Shown piece by piece: positions 9,243 to 17,976 of a stretch of DNA of 40,602 nt (its first letter is position 1; every line of letters starts with the position of its first letter). The notes under the pieces are model-generated. The model did no database searches and was not told the DNA's origin. It worked only from the letters and a program-made list of their open reading frames with translations. Made by a program: the position numbers and the translations under genes. The DNA comes from Candidatus Sumerlaeota bacterium (lineage in GTDB: Bacteria > Sumerlaeota > Sumerlaeia > SLMS01 > JAHLLQ01). The stretch is from assembly GCA_036751885.1 (NCBI GenBank), contig DAIOTT010000006.1, positions 1-40,602 on the forward strand. The letters are read 5' to 3'.

Positions 9243-10436
9243 ATGACTGATCCACTCAAGGCCGAGGCAGATCCCGGTTTTATTCTACGCCCCGCACAAC
9301 CTGCTGATGTTGCTGCAATTGTGAAGATGATTTACGAGCTGGCAATTTATGAGCGGGCAGAAGATGAATGCCACGCCAGCGACGAAAAAATGCACGAGCA
9401 GCTTTTCGGCATTAGGCCCCATGCGGAAGCCTATGTGGCGGAGGTTGAAGGGAAAGTTGGGGGAATGGCGATTTTCTTTCACAATTTTTCCACCTGGGAT
9501 GCAGCACCGGGGCTTTATCTGGAGGATTTGTACGTGCGCCCAACCTACCGGCGCCTGGGCATTGGGCGGGCAATGCTTGAAAGATTAGCCTTTCTAGCGC
9601 GCCAACGAGGGTGCACGCGGTTTGAATGGTCTGTTCTGGATTGGAATAAACCCGCCCGTGAGATGTATGAGTTGATGGGTGCAAAGCCCCAAGGGGAATG
9701 GGTTCGCTACAGAACTGAAGGGGACGTATTGGCAGATTTGGCGAACAAGGGGGAACAAGCCCGCAAGCGTGAGCAAGAGTTAGCCGTGCAACAAGCAAAA
9801 GAAAAAGCCCGCGCCAAGGCAGAAGAGCTTGGCACCACACAACCTCAAGGGCCCGATACACCCCGCCCAACTTCAAAAAGCGGATCGGCAAAACAAGTAA
9901 AGCCGGGAAGTTTTGATCCCGAAGGTAAGCTTGTTACAATCTACACTGATGGTGGGGCTTCACCCAACCCGGGTGTTGGGGCTTGGGCGGCGATTATTCA
10001 AGCGGGCAATAAACGAATTGAGCTTACAGGCGGCGAGCTTGCCACCACGAATAACCGGATGGAAATGCTTGCGGCAATCAGTGCTTTGGAAGCCCTGGAG
10101 CCCGGTCAGCAGGTTCTCATCTACACAGATTCCCAATACCTGAAAAACGGCATTACCACCTGGATTAAGAATTGGAAAAAAAACAACTGGATGCGCGGAA
10201 AGGGTCGGGATTTGGCCCCAGTTAAAAACGCTGAACTATGGAAGCAGCTTGATTCAGCCGTGCAAAAACACCGATTGGGTTGGGAATGGGTGAAAGGGCA
10301 CGCAGGCAACGAACTGAATGAACGGTGCGATGTATTGTGTAGCGAAATGATGAATCAACTAGAAGCAAGCAGCACAAAGGCGGAGCGAGCTGCAGCCATG
10401 GAGGCATTGAAAACGCTGCAAGGCGCGAACAGTTAG
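9243..10436 (+). CDS. rnhA: fusion protein: N-terminal GNAT acetyltransferase (spermidine/spermine N1-acetyltransferase-like) plus C-terminal ribonuclease HI
   Basis: Residues about 10-165 align by eye with SSAT-type GNATs ([24 protein letters not shown]...[23 protein letters not shown]...[16 protein letters not shown]). A Lys/Glu/Pro-rich linker follows. Residues about 225-380 form RNase HI with an intact DEDD set ([37 protein letters not shown]). Confidence 0.85.
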   Translation: MTDPLKAEADPGFILRPAQPADVAAIVKMIYELAIYERAEDECHASDEKMHEQLFGIRPHAEAYVAEVEGKVGGMAIFFHNFSTWDAAPGLYLEDLYVRPTYRRLGIGRAMLERLAFLARQRGCTRFEWSVLDWNKPAREMYELMGAKPQGEWVRYRTEGDVLADLANKGEQARKREQELAVQQAKEKARAKAEELGTTQPQGPDTPRPTSKSGSAKQVKPGSFDPEGKLVTIYTDGGASPNPGVGAWAAIIQAGNKRIELTGGELATTNNRMEMLAAISALEALEPGQQVLIYTDSQYLKNGITTWIKNWKKNNWMRGKGRDLAPVKNAELWKQLDSAVQKHRLGWEWVKGHAGNELNERCDVLCSEMMNQLEASSTKAERAAAMEALKTLQGANS

Positions 10437-10569
10437 AGTGTTTGGTTTGTTTGCCTGCGGTTCTGTTGCCCGCAAAGTTTCTGCAGAATCTGAATAGCCC
10501 TAGAACATCGGCCTAATTGAAAATCATCAACAGCCGGATCTTCGCATGGCAGCATCCTGAATCAACGCC

Positions 10570-11796
10570 TCAAGGAGCGGCGATGATCATCAGCCCGGCG
10601 TCGTCCTTCAAATCATTCCCGTTGAGCACGTCAACCAAGTGTTTCTTTATCGATTCAATGCGTTCCTCGGGCGTTGTGTAATCAGCGGAAGATAGGAGCT
10701 GGCATATTCCCTTTAGGTTCAAGATGCTGGAATCTTTGAGTTTTTGATCCCACACACCATTAGTCATCAGAATCAACTCTTCCCCTGCGCCCAACTGCAC
10801 TTCCGCGGTTGCGTACACAAGATCCGCCTCAACACCCATGGGAGGGCCGGAGCTGTGCGTTTCAAGCTGAGCAATTGAATGGGTGGTTGTATTCAACATC
10901 CAACCGTTTGCTTGCCCTGCTCCAGCGAACTGCACTTTTTTTGTTTGAGTATTGATGTGGTAAAGGCTCAACATACAAAGGCTTTTGCCTTGGTGGCTGG
11001 TGGTATAAATGGCGTTCAGATGGGTCAAAATCTGATCCAGACGAACCCCTTCCGCCGATTGAGCAACCTCCGCCTCAAGCAAGCCCAGAACGTAGAAGTT
11101 TGTGGCAATTGCGCGGTCAGCGGATTCTTGGGCATCAATCAAAACCACAAGCAGTTCATTTTCACTGAGGGTGAAAACTTTGAATAAGTCCCCAGCATAG
11201 TTTTTTGCATGGTGCAAAAAACCGTGTATGCTTATGCCGTAAACGCCAGAAAGTTGCTTATAGTCGGGCTTTTGTTCGTTGAGTATTTGCTGAAGGCAAT
11301 CCGCCTGATCCTGCACCTGAAGTTGCAGCTCCGCCGCTAAATTATGTCGGCCCTTTGTGTACAAGCATTTTTTTATGGTGTTAACTTGTTCATCAACCGC
11401 TTGGTTTGAGCGTAAAATTCCGTGAATACCGAGTTGGAAGAACAGGGGGATCTGCGGCTCATAAAGCTCAAAATCTTCTGGGTGAAGAAGAATCAAAATC
11501 GGGAAGAATTGCCGGGGATCTAAGTTCGATGTAATGCGCTCTATCAGTGCAGGGAGTTCACCCATATCCTCTGCAGCCGGGTGAATCACCGCAAGATCAA
11601 AGGATTCCCGGTGAAGTCGATGCTTGAAATCATCAACACCAAAAGCCAATTCAATCTTTACGGCCGAGGCAGAGGAGCGAAGCGGCTCTTGAATGTTGTT
11701 GAAAAATACCGGGTTCTTGAGGTTTTCAAGAACCAAAATCGCATCATTGCTTGTAGAAAAAATAATGTTTTGAACCATTTCGGCTGTAAATCCCAT
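10570..11796 (-). CDS. receiver-like domain fused to SpoIIE/PP2C-type (RsbU-like) phosphatase domain, both divergent
   Basis: The C-terminal half shows SpoIIE-domain landmarks (AGDLFKVF, VVLIDA, GEELILMTNGVWD, KDDAGLMIIA). The N-terminal roughly 130 aa has a CheY-like alternating pattern with FDLAVIHP at the acceptor position. It lies 16 nt downstream of a STAS gene. Confidence 0.7.
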   Translation of the reverse strand: MGFTAEMVQNIIFSTSNDAILVLENLKNPVFFNNIQEPLRSSASAVKIELAFGVDDFKHRLHRESFDLAVIHPAAEDMGELPALIERITSNLDPRQFFPILILLHPEDFELYEPQIPLFFQLGIHGILRSNQAVDEQVNTIKKCLYTKGRHNLAAELQLQVQDQADCLQQILNEQKPDYKQLSGVYGISIHGFLHHAKNYAGDLFKVFTLSENELLVVLIDAQESADRAIATNFYVLGLLEAEVAQSAEGVRLDQILTHLNAIYTTSHQGKSLCMLSLYHINTQTKKVQFAGAGQANGWMLNTTTHSIAQLETHSSGPPMGVEADLVYATAEVQLGAGEELILMTNGVWDQKLKDSSILNLKGICQLLSSADYTTPEERIESIKKHLVDVLNGNDLKDDAGLMIIAAP

Positions 11797-11812
11797 CCCT
11801 GTATGCTTGCAT

Positions 11813-12115
11813 TTATTCTAATCCAAAAACCAAATCCAACCGCGTTAGCCGGAAGTTTTGCATTACACGCTCCGTTGGGTGTTCAATTTTCAAGATAATA
11901 TCGCGACTTTTCAACGTTGCACGAATTCCAACAAGCGTGCCCAACCCTGATGTATCAATAAACGGAACGTCCGCTAAATTGATGATGATTTTCTTAGGGC
12001 TTTTTTGGGAGAGCTCGTTGACCAACTCCCGTAAACTGTGGCTGCTTTCAGCAATCAGTTCACCTGAAATATGGATCAGTTGAGTTTCAGAATTAGACTC
12101 AAGCTTAAATTCCAC
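11813..12115 (-). CDS. STAS-domain anti-sigma-factor antagonist (RsbV/SpoIIAA family)
   Basis: 100 aa containing ..IINLADVPFIDTSGLGTLVG.. with the conserved phosphorylatable Ser in DTSGLG. The GTG start is preceded by AGGAG 7 nt upstream. Confidence 0.88.
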   Translation of the reverse strand: MEFKLESNSETQLIHISGELIAESSHSLRELVNELSQKSPKKIIINLADVPFIDTSGLGTLVGIRATLKSRDIILKIEHPTERVMQNFRLTRLDLVFGLE

Positions 12116-12153
12116 AGTGCGACTCCTAAATGTTATTCTTGGTGAATGAGAAG

Positions 12154-12182
12154 ATATTCAGCATTCATTTAGAACAGGTCAA
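12154..12182 (-). promoter_or_regulatory. candidate sigma70-type promoter for the STAS/phosphatase operon
   Basis: On the minus strand this reads TTGACC (12182-12177), a 17-nt spacer, then GAATAT (12159-12154). It sits about 35 nt upstream of the GTG at 12115. This is a pattern match only. Confidence 0.3.
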
Positions 12183-12461
12183 TCATTAGAAACTATTTTC
12201 TGATGATATTCTTGTGAATTATGAGCCAAAATAAACTCGTTTTACGGGACAATCTGGATTATAAATAAAACGCCCTTTTCACGTTTATGGCATATAAGTT
12301 TGGGTATTGAACCATAAAATAGTGCATCTTTTTGCTGAATCCTGAAAAACACCACGGGAAAATGTGATTTTTTTTCCAAGAAAGCGTTTTTTCTCTCGAC
12401 TCCAAAAAAAAAGTCCCTATTGCTTTCTCTTGTTCATTACCTTAAATAAGGATTCTCAATT

Positions 12462-15125
12462 ATGGCACCAAAAGCAAAAGAAAAGTCACGTCGAAGCAGC
12501 CGCCCAACAAGCCTTTCTTCAACGGCAAAAACGACGAAGACCCCCCCCGCAACTGCGAGCGCGGCAAAGCCTGCGGCAGCGCAAAAATCCGCCGCGAAAT
12601 CCGCAACACCTGCAACCGCCGCCTCAACCCCTGCAGCAAAGCCCGTCGCAAAAAAAGCTACCCCTCGTGCTGCGGCGGCTAAGGCTACACCAACGGCCAC
12701 TTCCCGCCGTAAGCCCGCTGCAAGCAAGGCAAAATCCCCCGTTGCTCCTGCTGCACCTGCCAAAAAAGCCCCAAACGCCCCAGCTGAACAACTAGGCTCT
12801 GCCGTTGAGCAATTCTACTACAAAAAATCTGGGCGCCAGTTGTCCTACAAGCCTGCCGAGCGTGTACCCATTGTTGAAGTCCCAAACTTCCCCTCCTTGG
12901 GCCGCCTCACCGCCCTGCGCTTTATTGAGTGGGTGCTTGAAAACCCAAACGGTGTCATTAGTCTTCCTACGGGGAAAACTCCTGAGTATTTCATCAAGTG
13001 GACTCAACACTTCCTCAGCGGGTGGGATGAAAAATCTGTTCAAGCAGAGCTTGCCGAAGTTGGCTTAGCTGGTAAACCCAAGCCGAGTTTTGAGAACCTT
13101 CGCTTTGTGCAGATCGATGAGTTCTACCCCATTGATCCCGCCCAGCAAAACAGCTTCTACTACTACGTAAACAAACAATACCTTAAACGCTTTGGCATCA
13201 ACCCAGAGAACGCCTTGCTGATGAACACAGCAAAAATGGGCGTTACTAAAAGCAGCGACTTGCTTGAGATTTTCCCGGACGGCAAAGTGGACTTAATGCT
13301 TCGCCACCGCGAACCCAAAACACCGTTGGAAAAACGCCAGTTGCAAACCATTCAAGCAGTGGATGAGTTCTGCTCTGAGTACGAGCAGAAAATTCGCGAC
13401 ATGGGGGGCATTGGCTTCTTCCTTGGCGGCATTGGGCCGGATGGACATATTGGCTTTAACGTGCGCGGCAGCGACCTTGCTTCACCCACACGGTTGACTT
13501 ACACAAACTACGAAACCGAAGCCGCCGCCGCAGGCGATTTGGGCGGCATTGAAGTTAGCCGCAATAAGCCTGTTATTACGATTGGCTTAGGCACCATTTC
13601 CTACAAAAAAGACGCCGTTGTTATTATTTTCGCCGCCGGTGAAGCAAAGTCAAAAACAATCGCAAACGCCATTACAAGCCCCAAAAGCGTGATGTACCCC
13701 GCCTCCATTCTGCAGGACATGCCAAACGCCCGCTTCTACCTTACCTACGGCGCCACCATTAAACTTGAAGACCGGTTGATTGAAGACATTCAAAATTCCG
13801 CGGGCTTATCCACGGAAGAGGTTGATAAGCGAGTTATCAATTGTGCGCTTGCTGCCAAAAAACGCCTGAGCTTGCTTACAGATAAAGACGCCGCAAACGA
13901 CCCGCTAGTGAAGGCCGTGCTCGGCAAAACGGGTAAATCCCTCAGCGAGCTTGCAAAAGCATGCGAAGCTCGCCTAAAAGAGCGCATCGAAAAAGGCATT
14001 ACACCCAAAACCAATGAAATAATTCTACACACCGGCCCCCACCACGATGACATTAGCTTAGCCTACATGCCCTACGTGATGCACCTGGTGCGTATTGCCA
14101 GCACAAAAAACTATTTCTCCGTTCTAACCTCAGGCTTTACCGCCGTAACAAACAACTTCCTGTGCGAGTTGTTTGAAAAACTGAAGTCCTATTTGGATTC
14201 CGGTGTGTTTGACGCCGATATTGAGAACAACGTTTTTAACGCCAACAACATGCAAGCCCGCCGCGAAGAGGTTTTCCGCTTCTTGGATGGTATTGCCAGC
14301 TTTGACGAAGAAACCCAAGACTTTGCCCAAGCGCGCCGCACCCTGTACAATTTGATTGCCGTGTACGAGGATGAAGACATCAACAACCTGAAGGCACGCC
14401 TAACGGAAAACATCCACTACTTGAAGTCCACATACCCCGGCAAAAAGGATGTGAAAATCATTCAACTGCTCAAGGGCATGCAGCGCGAGTTTGAAGAAGA
14501 ACTGATTTGGGGTTACGTAGGCACAGGCCCCGAAGATGTATTCCACGCACGCCTTGGATTCTACACTGGCGACATCTTCACAAAGGCCCCCACGGCCGAT
14601 CGCGACGTTGCCCCCGTGTTGAAGATGTACGAGGAGTTGAAACCCACAATCGTTTCCTTAGCCTTTGATCCCGAAGGGACAGGCCCCGATACGCACTACA
14701 AAGTTCTGCAAGTTCTGCATGAAGCCCTGATTCAATACCGCGACAAAACCGGTAAGGAGCCCATGGTTTGGGGTTACAGGAACGTATGGCATAAGTTCCA
14801 CCCAGCCGATGCAAACCTCTACGTTCCTGCAACATTGAACACCATGAGCGTAATGCACCACAGCTTCATTAATTGCTTTGGCTCGCAAAAAAATGCCAGC
14901 TTCCCAAGCTTTGAGTTTGATGGGCCGTTCAGCATTCAAGCACAACGCATGATGGTAGAACAATTCCAAATGCTGCGCACCTTGTTGGGGCACGAGTTCT
15001 TTGAACAAAATGAAAACCCACGACTTCGTGCAGCCCGCGGTTTCATCTTTATCAAGGAAATGCCTCTTGCTGAATTCTCAGGCCAAGCACGCGCTTTGGC
15101 TGAAGTGACAGAGGCAGCGAACTAA
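12462..15125 (+). CDS. nagB: long-form glucosamine-6-phosphate deaminase/isomerase (NagB domain plus LmbE/PIG-L-like C-terminal domain) with a basic Ala/Lys/Pro-rich N-terminal tail
   Basis: NagB motifs are present: ISLPTGKTPEYF, VQIDEFYP and GGIGPDGHIGFNVRGS. The C-terminal region begins ILHTGPHHDDISLAY, resembling the (A/P)HPDD motif of LmbE-like deacetylases. The first 110 aa are low-complexity. An ATG at 12462 has AAGGA 9 nt upstream. Confidence 0.8.
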   Translation: MAPKAKEKSRRSSRPTSLSSTAKTTKTPPATASAAKPAAAQKSAAKSATPATAASTPAAKPVAKKATPRAAAAKATPTATSRRKPAASKAKSPVAPAAPAKKAPNAPAEQLGSAVEQFYYKKSGRQLSYKPAERVPIVEVPNFPSLGRLTALRFIEWVLENPNGVISLPTGKTPEYFIKWTQHFLSGWDEKSVQAELAEVGLAGKPKPSFENLRFVQIDEFYPIDPAQQNSFYYYVNKQYLKRFGINPENALLMNTAKMGVTKSSDLLEIFPDGKVDLMLRHREPKTPLEKRQLQTIQAVDEFCSEYEQKIRDMGGIGFFLGGIGPDGHIGFNVRGSDLASPTRLTYTNYETEAAAAGDLGGIEVSRNKPVITIGLGTISYKKDAVVIIFAAGEAKSKTIANAITSPKSVMYPASILQDMPNARFYLTYGATIKLEDRLIEDIQNSAGLSTEEVDKRVINCALAAKKRLSLLTDKDAANDPLVKAVLGKTGKSLSELAKACEARLKERIEKGITPKTNEIILHTGPHHDDISLAYMPYVMHLVRIASTKNYFSVLTSGFTAVTNNFLCELFEKLKSYLDSGVFDADIENNVFNANNMQARREEVFRFLDGIASFDEETQDFAQARRTLYNLIAVYEDEDINNLKARLTENIHYLKSTYPGKKDVKIIQLLKGMQREFEEELIWGYVGTGPEDVFHARLGFYTGDIFTKAPTADRDVAPVLKMYEELKPTIVSLAFDPEGTGPDTHYKVLQVLHEALIQYRDKTGKEPMVWGYRNVWHKFHPADANLYVPATLNTMSVMHHSFINCFGSQKNASFPSFEFDGPFSIQAQRMMVEQFQMLRTLLGHEFFEQNENPRLRAARGFIFIKEMPLAEFSGQARALAEVTEAAN

Positions 15126-15206
15126 ATTCTACCCATTACAACCACACCAAACAGGAATACCCTGCTTGTAAAGGTTTACCACAAACGATCAACAAAAAAC
15201 CCATGG

Positions 15207-15238
15207 AACCGCCTTCACCACGAGGGCGGTTTTTATTA
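15207..15238 (+). terminator. rho-independent terminator after the nagB-like gene
   Basis: AACCGCC (15207-15213) pairs with GGCGGTT (15225-15231) across an 11-nt loop. The stem runs into TTTTTATTATT. Confidence 0.6.
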
Positions 15239-15476
15239 TTCTCCTCGCTATTGATCGAGACTTACCCTACTGATCATTGTTGTTAGAGTGATTGCCAAAA
15301 ATGATGGCCGATGAGATGTTGAGCGAGAGGGGTGAATGTTGACTTCTGAAAACGCAGGAATAGTGGGGCAATTTTGAGGCTTTCATAAGGCAAAAGTTAC
15401 TTCTCACAGCCAACAGATTACGGTCATAAATTTTGGCATTCACTCTGGTTGTTGGTCTATAAAATTGGTTGTTACA

Positions 15477-16940
15477 ATGTATTTCAGAATTCAAATCACC
15501 GGTGTACTCTGCATATTAATAGTCTCAACACTGGGCTGTGAAACACTCAACATATTCAAACGTCAGCAAATTGCCTCAGCATCAAACCCTGCACCCTCCA
15601 CGGCTCAGGTTGATGTTGAGGAATTAGAAAACGACCTCGGTGCGTTTGAAGATTACTTTGAGTTGCTTATTACCGATGCGGCTTCACGCTACCGGCAGAA
15701 CACAGAGAATGCAGCCTCGCGGAAGCAAATCACCATTTTGAAAAATCAATCCGTTAAGCGTGTTCGTGATTTTATCTTTCAAGAAAACCCTTTGGATGCA
15801 CTTTTAGATACGTGGATTTATTGCGAACGCTTAAACCTGTATGTAAACTCTCAGGAAGCAAACCAGTATTTTGGTCGTGATCCTGTGAACGCAAAATCCG
15901 CATTCAACCTTGCCTTACAACGCATCCGCAATATTGCGGCAAAACATTTGGTTGAAGAAGATTTTAAAAGAATTGAGAGCTATATACTTCAAGAAGCTGA
16001 AGCAAACCCCATCTTGCTTGCGGGGGACACAGGCAACATAGCATCGCAAACGCCTTCTGCGGCCTCGCAAAATCTAAAAGCCGTGCGGGATCTTGTTACC
16101 CTTCCCTTTGCTCCGCTGTTCACCTTTCAAAAGGTAAACGAAACCTCCAATTCATTTCAAGAGTTCAACCAAATTGCCGAGCGGTTTACCGATGTTGTTG
16201 AAAGCCTGCCAAGGGAAATACAATTTGAAGGGGAAGGCTTAATTCTTACCGTATTAGAACACCCCAACACTGTGAATATTATGAAAAGCCTTGAGCAAAC
16301 AAGTAGTGCTGCGGAGGAGTTGACGAAGGCAGCGGACCAAATTACCCTTGTTGCCCAGAATTGGCCGAACGATGTGGGCGAGGCAACACGCCTTGCACTG
16401 AGCGAAATGAACAATGCGCAGCCGGAGATTAAAAACCTGTTAGCTGAAGTACAGAAAACCACCGACGGCTTTAGAGGGACACTGGCGGAAGCCCAAACCA
16501 CCTCGCAGGATATTTCCTCTCTTATTACAGGCATTGATGCAGCAGCACTCTCATTGAAAAGCACCGCTGTTGAATTACAAACCGTGTTAACTTCCGTAGA
16601 AAGAATTACAGCACCAAAAGTAAAAGACGATTCAACACCCAGCAAACCCTTTGACCCGGCAGATTACGAGAATGCATCGGACTCATTACGCAAAACGGTT
16701 CTTGAGCTTCAGGAATTGCTGAATCAATTAGAACAAACAAACACCCCACCCATTGTGGGCGAGGTTGAAACGCGGTTAGAGAATCTTTCACAGCAAACCG
16801 TTTCAGAGGGCAGAAGCCTGATAGACTTCGCCTTCAAGCGAGCGGTGCAACTGCTCATCGTCGCCTTCGTACTTGCTTCGTTGTTAGTCCTTCTGTGGGG
16901 CTTATTGAAAAAACGAGGGGTAAATTCCAAGACTGTCTAA
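15477..16940 (+). CDS. hypothetical lipoprotein with helical ectodomain and C-terminal transmembrane anchor
   Basis: ATG at 15477 gives MYFRIQITGVLCILIVSTLGC, a signal peptide with a lipobox Cys. The body is long and Ala/Glu/Leu/Gln/Thr-rich. The C-terminus LLIVAFVLASLLVLLWGLLKKRG is a transmembrane helix. Confidence 0.55.
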   Translation: MYFRIQITGVLCILIVSTLGCETLNIFKRQQIASASNPAPSTAQVDVEELENDLGAFEDYFELLITDAASRYRQNTENAASRKQITILKNQSVKRVRDFIFQENPLDALLDTWIYCERLNLYVNSQEANQYFGRDPVNAKSAFNLALQRIRNIAAKHLVEEDFKRIESYILQEAEANPILLAGDTGNIASQTPSAASQNLKAVRDLVTLPFAPLFTFQKVNETSNSFQEFNQIAERFTDVVESLPREIQFEGEGLILTVLEHPNTVNIMKSLEQTSSAAEELTKAADQITLVAQNWPNDVGEATRLALSEMNNAQPEIKNLLAEVQKTTDGFRGTLAEAQTTSQDISSLITGIDAAALSLKSTAVELQTVLTSVERITAPKVKDDSTPSKPFDPADYENASDSLRKTVLELQELLNQLEQTNTPPIVGEVETRLENLSQQTVSEGRSLIDFAFKRAVQLLIVAFVLASLLVLLWGLLKKRGVNSKTV

Positions 16941-16971
16941 GCTTTGGGAATTACCACTAGAAAATTTGTGC

Positions 16972-17895
16972 TTAGTTTATTTCTTGAGGGACAGGCACCA
17001 TTTCAACAGCCTTTAGTTGTTCAGGCTTAGGCTGCGCCACTTCTACTTGAATGGTAATTCCCTCAATATTTTTCTCAAGAGCATCAGCAGCCTCAATCAA
17101 CTCAGGGACAGGGAGATGTTCACTGGAGGCAATGGATTCAATCAGCTCTCGATCGCGAATGGAGATTCCCGCGAATGTTGCGTCCCCATCAATCAAGCGA
17201 TAAATTTCGCCAAACTCTTCGGAGAAATAATGGGTTTGTTTGAACTTGAGTCCGAACTTGAAGGGGAAATCAATGTTCATTTGGGATTCAATTTTGTGCA
17301 CATGATCAAAGCGTTTTAGGGGTGTATCGATTGAGGCTAAGCCTTTGTAGATTGCACTCCACTCAACTTTTCCGCTTCGGCCTTTTTTGTCTTTATTGTA
17401 TAAATCAAACGGTATGGTTGCCGAAATCTGTTCCCCAATTTTCATTTCTCGCGGAAACATCAACCACGGTTTGCTCAGCACAATGGTGGTTTCAAATTCG
17501 CTGTTGCGCAGTAAATCAACGTACACACCCTCATCGGTAAGGCGGTACCCAACCCAACTTCCGTCGTTGCTGATCGTGTAAATTGTGCCCTTGGCGCTCT
17601 CAATTGTTGTTCGCTGAATAGGTGTAATACGTTCGCCGTTATCGCGACGGTTAAAAACTTGGTTTTGCCCGAAAAGCGTTTTGTAAATTTCCACCGAGTT
17701 GAAAATGGGCTTCGGCTTTGGAACAGATTCTGCCGCCGGCGAGATCGTGGGATTTGCTTCGGATGCTTCACCATTCAACGATTGTACAGTAGGCAATTGC
17801 TGCTGTGGTGAATCAGCGGCAACCGGGTGCGAAGCGAAGACCATGGTTATACCAAGGGCGAACAAAAACGGGGAAACTTTGCTTGCACGAATCAT
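16972..17895 (-). CDS. secreted hypothetical protein
   Basis: 307 aa with the signal peptide MIRASKVSPFLFALGITMVFASHPVAA. I recognise no family. It is last in a same-strand run of exported proteins. Confidence 0.55.
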   Translation of the reverse strand: MIRASKVSPFLFALGITMVFASHPVAADSPQQQLPTVQSLNGEASEANPTISPAAESVPKPKPIFNSVEIYKTLFGQNQVFNRRDNGERITPIQRTTIESAKGTIYTISNDGSWVGYRLTDEGVYVDLLRNSEFETTIVLSKPWLMFPREMKIGEQISATIPFDLYNKDKKGRSGKVEWSAIYKGLASIDTPLKRFDHVHKIESQMNIDFPFKFGLKFKQTHYFSEEFGEIYRLIDGDATFAGISIRDRELIESIASSEHLPVPELIEAADALEKNIEGITIQVEVAQPKPEQLKAVEMVPVPQEIN

Positions 17896-17976
17896 GATTG
17901 AGACAACTCCTCACAGTGTTAAACAACGCAACGGCAATATTGGTTCCCGTTTATTTGCTTTGCCGATTGAATTGAT

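Noticed and set aside
10437-10569. Convergent spacer between the GNAT-RNase H gene and the phosphatase gene, searched for a bidirectional terminator.
   Set aside because: The only pairing is 5 bp (TGCGG/CCGCA) with no flanking T/A tracts, which is not convincing.
12116-12461. 346-nt AT-rich divergent intergenic region with long A/T homopolymer runs, considered as an oriC-like, riboswitch or sRNA locus.
   Set aside because: I could find no DnaA-box cluster, no recognisable riboswitch core and no stem-plus-T-tract terminator. It is most simply a shared promoter region; one candidate promoter is listed with low confidence.
12364-12795. Alternative-frame and antisense ORFs across the nagB 5' region: 12364..12795 (+), 12437..12763 (-), 12460..12651 (-) and 12685..12885 (-).
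   Set aside because: The region is GC-rich and low-complexity (GCN/AAR/CCN repeats), so every frame stays open. Only the 12462 frame continues into a recognisable NagB domain. The others give Pro/Gln/Arg- or Ala/Gly-rich nonsense with no continuation.
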